Positions 61,488 through 64,000 of a stretch of 64,000 nt of DNA are shown here, piece by piece (positions within the stretch are counted from its first letter, which is position 1; every line of letters begins with the position of its first letter). The notes under the pieces are model-generated. The model did not search any database. It was not told the DNA's origin and was given only the letters and a program-made list of their open reading frames with translations. The position numbers were made by a program, and so were the translations under genes. The DNA lies in assembly GCA_025999155.1 (NCBI GenBank), contig AP026679.1, positions 291,996-355,995 of the forward strand, read 5' to 3'. Source of the DNA: Candidatus Dojkabacteria bacterium (GTDB lineage Bacteria > Patescibacteriota > Dojkabacteria > JAOAGR01).

Positions 61488-62960
61488 ATGAAAAGTGAAT
61501 TTCCTGAAACTAAACTTACAAGATTGGGCAAGAAGCTAGGATGGCTTTTTTCACCTCTTCTATTTATCTCCTTACTCACATTTACCATTTTTTCTGTGAA
61601 TAATATAAGAATCGATTTTAATTCTGCAAAAATCGAGGAAATGGATTATATACATCTTCGTGATGTATCTAACTTTGATGTCTATCTAGACGACAAAAAA
61701 ATAGGTACGACTTCTCAAGTATTAGCTTTGCCACGAAAAGAAAACAGTAGTCATCCATTTAAGATCTATATAAAAACAAACGATAATCGATTCTGGGAAA
61801 AGACGATCAAATTTCAAAAAGGCTTCGTTTCAGTATACTACCCAATTCTCTACCCTCAGACTCTAGATTTTAAAGATCAGAGTATCGAAGCTAAGGCAGT
61901 TTATCCTACATCAAACCCGAACGTTTTTTTTTACGAGAAAATAGAAAATAACAGATTAATGCTTTATCGCTATTCTATCTCAAGATTAATTTTTAGACTC
62001 AATATCAAAAACGAGCAATTTATAGATTTAACCAGTATACTTAAACCAGATAATGTACTCAGACCAAAAAAAATACTTCCTAGTCATCTAGGCACACACG
62101 TTGCTATCATCATACCAAAAGAGAAAATATACATTATCCAAGAAGATGCAAGAGTATCAGAATTACCTGGTTACATCCCGCACGAAGATGACGAATATTA
62201 TTGGTCTCCAGACAACTCCTACTTTGTAATCCAAAATAATAGAGAAATACTTTCACGTAATATATCAACCAACACAACTCACTCCATATATAAACAAACA
62301 ACTCCTGAGGAAAGAGCCTCCATACACTTTTGTGCTGATGATTTTATTGTATACTCAGTCATACGACCAGAAAATATCGATCTAGTACAAAATACATATT
62401 TTGGTAATAACCCACAACAAATTGACATTCCCAATTTTGATAATATCAGGCGAAATAACCTATTAAAAGCATACAATTTTCTTAAAAAACAAAATATTAT
62501 CCTCATCCAAACTGAAACAAATATTTATACATTTAATCTTGCAAACTACGAACTTAGGAAATTCAATCTATATCCCAACGAAAAAATCGTTTATTTAGAC
62601 AGTGATAATCAAGTCATACTGACAAATAATACTTTGTCTCCCAATCAGTTTCGTTATTATAACTTAGATAGAAACGAGAACACCTCATTGTCTATCAATG
62701 GTATAAATCATGATGAGACACCCGCACGAATCATAGGATATAATTACAGTCAAAATCTTTTTATAGAGTATTCTGACAAACTCATCTTATCTGACATCAA
62801 TGGAGAAAATCAAAAGGAAATCGCAAAATCAACAAAACTAGATTCCATACTCACAGCAATCAAAGAAAATCGTGAGGTATTGCTAGGAATGATTGTGTTA
62901 AACCAACAAACTGAATCCCCAAACAAATTGCTGATTAATATTGAAATATTTGATATTTAG
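61488..62960 (+). CDS. Single-TM extracytoplasmic protein (PEGA-like segment plus WSPD propeller-like repeat)
   Basis: TM, VYLDDKKIGTT, WEKTI, YYWSPD; ATG 61488 lies 7 nt after TATAAT. Confidence 0.7.
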   Translation: MKSEFPETKLTRLGKKLGWLFSPLLFISLLTFTIFSVNNIRIDFNSAKIEEMDYIHLRDVSNFDVYLDDKKIGTTSQVLALPRKENSSHPFKIYIKTNDNRFWEKTIKFQKGFVSVYYPILYPQTLDFKDQSIEAKAVYPTSNPNVFFYEKIENNRLMLYRYSISRLIFRLNIKNEQFIDLTSILKPDNVLRPKKILPSHLGTHVAIIIPKEKIYIIQEDARVSELPGYIPHEDDEYYWSPDNSYFVIQNNREILSRNISTNTTHSIYKQTTPEERASIHFCADDFIVYSVIRPENIDLVQNTYFGNNPQQIDIPNFDNIRRNNLLKAYNFLKKQNIILIQTETNIYTFNLANYELRKFNLYPNEKIVYLDSDNQVILTNNTLSPNQFRYYNLDRNENTSLSINGINHDETPARIIGYNYSQNLFIEYSDKLILSDINGENQKEIAKSTKLDSILTAIKENREVLLGMIVLNQQTESPNKLLINIEIFDI

Positions 62961-63688
62961 AAAGTCTGCATTGCGATTAATCTTCCTCTTACAATAAGTC
63001 GTTGTTTGTTAGAACCCGGCGGATGACAAGTCTGTAGTGTCACTATCCTACCATCTGCAGCTCCTGTCACATAACTAACATCGTCAGGATCGACAATAGT
63101 CTTTTCAAAGACTATAAAATCATACTGCCGGCCTTGATATACAACGGTAAAAAGATCATCAAACTCCAGTTTATTGAGTAATGTGAATTCTGCATTATAT
63201 CTCGGTATATCCCAAACATTACGTGATGAATGTGAAAATAACAAAGAATTACCATACTGACCAGGCTCCACAGTACCTCTAGCCCAGCCAATACCTTGCT
63301 TTAAAGCTTCTTGAACAGCTACTTCATCTGTAATGTCTACATCCTTAATGACTTTCTTATTTACATTAATTTTTGGAATGATTACAGAAAAATCACGATC
63401 CACAGGTTCAGGAATAGGATTGACCGGTTCTAAGAGTATTTCGGATTCTTTCAAAAGCTTTGGTACATCATTTGCTACTATTAATCTTTTCTTATAATCT
63501 TCATTAAATACATTATCGTAAGCATATAAGATCTCGTGCCACATTATAGGACCATATAATACAAGAATCACCAATAAAGAGATTATCATCAAAAAATTCA
63601 AAATCATCAACGCAAATAATTTGCTTGCAGATCTCTTTTTGCGGCGATGTACATGAGCATATGAATATGTTGGTAGTCTTGTATTCAT
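62957..63688 (-). CDS. Sortase
   Basis: IPKINV, PGQYGN...SHS, TLQTC, RLIVRG (His/Cys/Arg triad). Confidence 0.92.
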   Translation of the reverse strand: MNTRLPTYSYAHVHRRKKRSASKLFALMILNFLMIISLLVILVLYGPIMWHEILYAYDNVFNEDYKKRLIVANDVPKLLKESEILLEPVNPIPEPVDRDFSVIIPKINVNKKVIKDVDITDEVAVQEALKQGIGWARGTVEPGQYGNSLLFSHSSRNVWDIPRYNAEFTLLNKLEFDDLFTVVYQGRQYDFIVFEKTIVDPDDVSYVTGAADGRIVTLQTCHPPGSNKQRLIVRGRLIAMQTF

Positions 63689-63782
63689 ATCAATATTATA
63701 TCATATTATAGGCTAATTATCGAGTTTATTATAATTCTCCTGTATAATTCATATAATTATATACTTTAATAAGTGCAAGCAT

Positions 63783-63859
63783 GCGAGTGTAGCTCAGTAG
63801 GATAGAGCAAGGCACTCCTAACGCCTAGGTCACAGGTTCGAATCCTGTCACTCGCGCCA
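63783..63859 (+). tRNA. tRNA-Arg(CCT)
   Basis: GCGAGTG/CACTCGC acceptor, anticodon loop CTCCTAA, GGTTCGAATCC, CCA. Confidence 0.93.
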
Positions 63860-64000
63860 TAATGATTCACGAGACTGGTTTTCGCAGTCAATATAGCAAA
63901 GTATGCTTCTGTGTTATCGGGTTAATATTTATCTTATCTTAAATCACACGAAACACGAATCTAAGAAGATGCTACTCTATTTTATCGACAGAGCTAGCCA

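Overview
AT-rich bacterial chromosome window, most likely from a Patescibacteria (CPR) lineage. This is inferred from the short EF-Ts, C-domain-only ATP synthase delta, ValRS without its C-terminal arm, stand-alone GlmU N-domain, a sortase and many single-TM surface proteins; Dojkabacteria is only a guess. Housekeeping blocks: rseP-frr-tsf-rpsB, mreDCB-rpmB, secE-nusG-rplKA-[complete atp operon]-rplJL, cysS, uppP, a second mreB, and valS. RNA genes: tmRNA and 9 tRNAs. Accessory content: ilvA-ridA, a ~2.65-kb triplicated cassette (surface protein / rpmG / tRNA-Thr / membrane protein), a 1058-aa repeat fibre-like protein and several pseudogenes. Two unannotated RNA-level systems stand out. (1) An apparent ribosome-dependent transcription attenuator lies directly in front of an atypical tRNA-Asn(GUU) gene: promoter, 16-aa leader peptide MVLFNLNSNNNLNSSV with 6 Asn, and mutually exclusive 1:2 / 2:3 / 3:4 helices. 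(2) A ~175-nt structured ncRNA candidate (14183-14362) has an apical loop perfectly complementary over 17 nt to a ~45-nt promoter-plus-terminator RNA encoded 46 kb away (60395-60439, minus strand). All calls were made by eye; no searches or folding programs were run.
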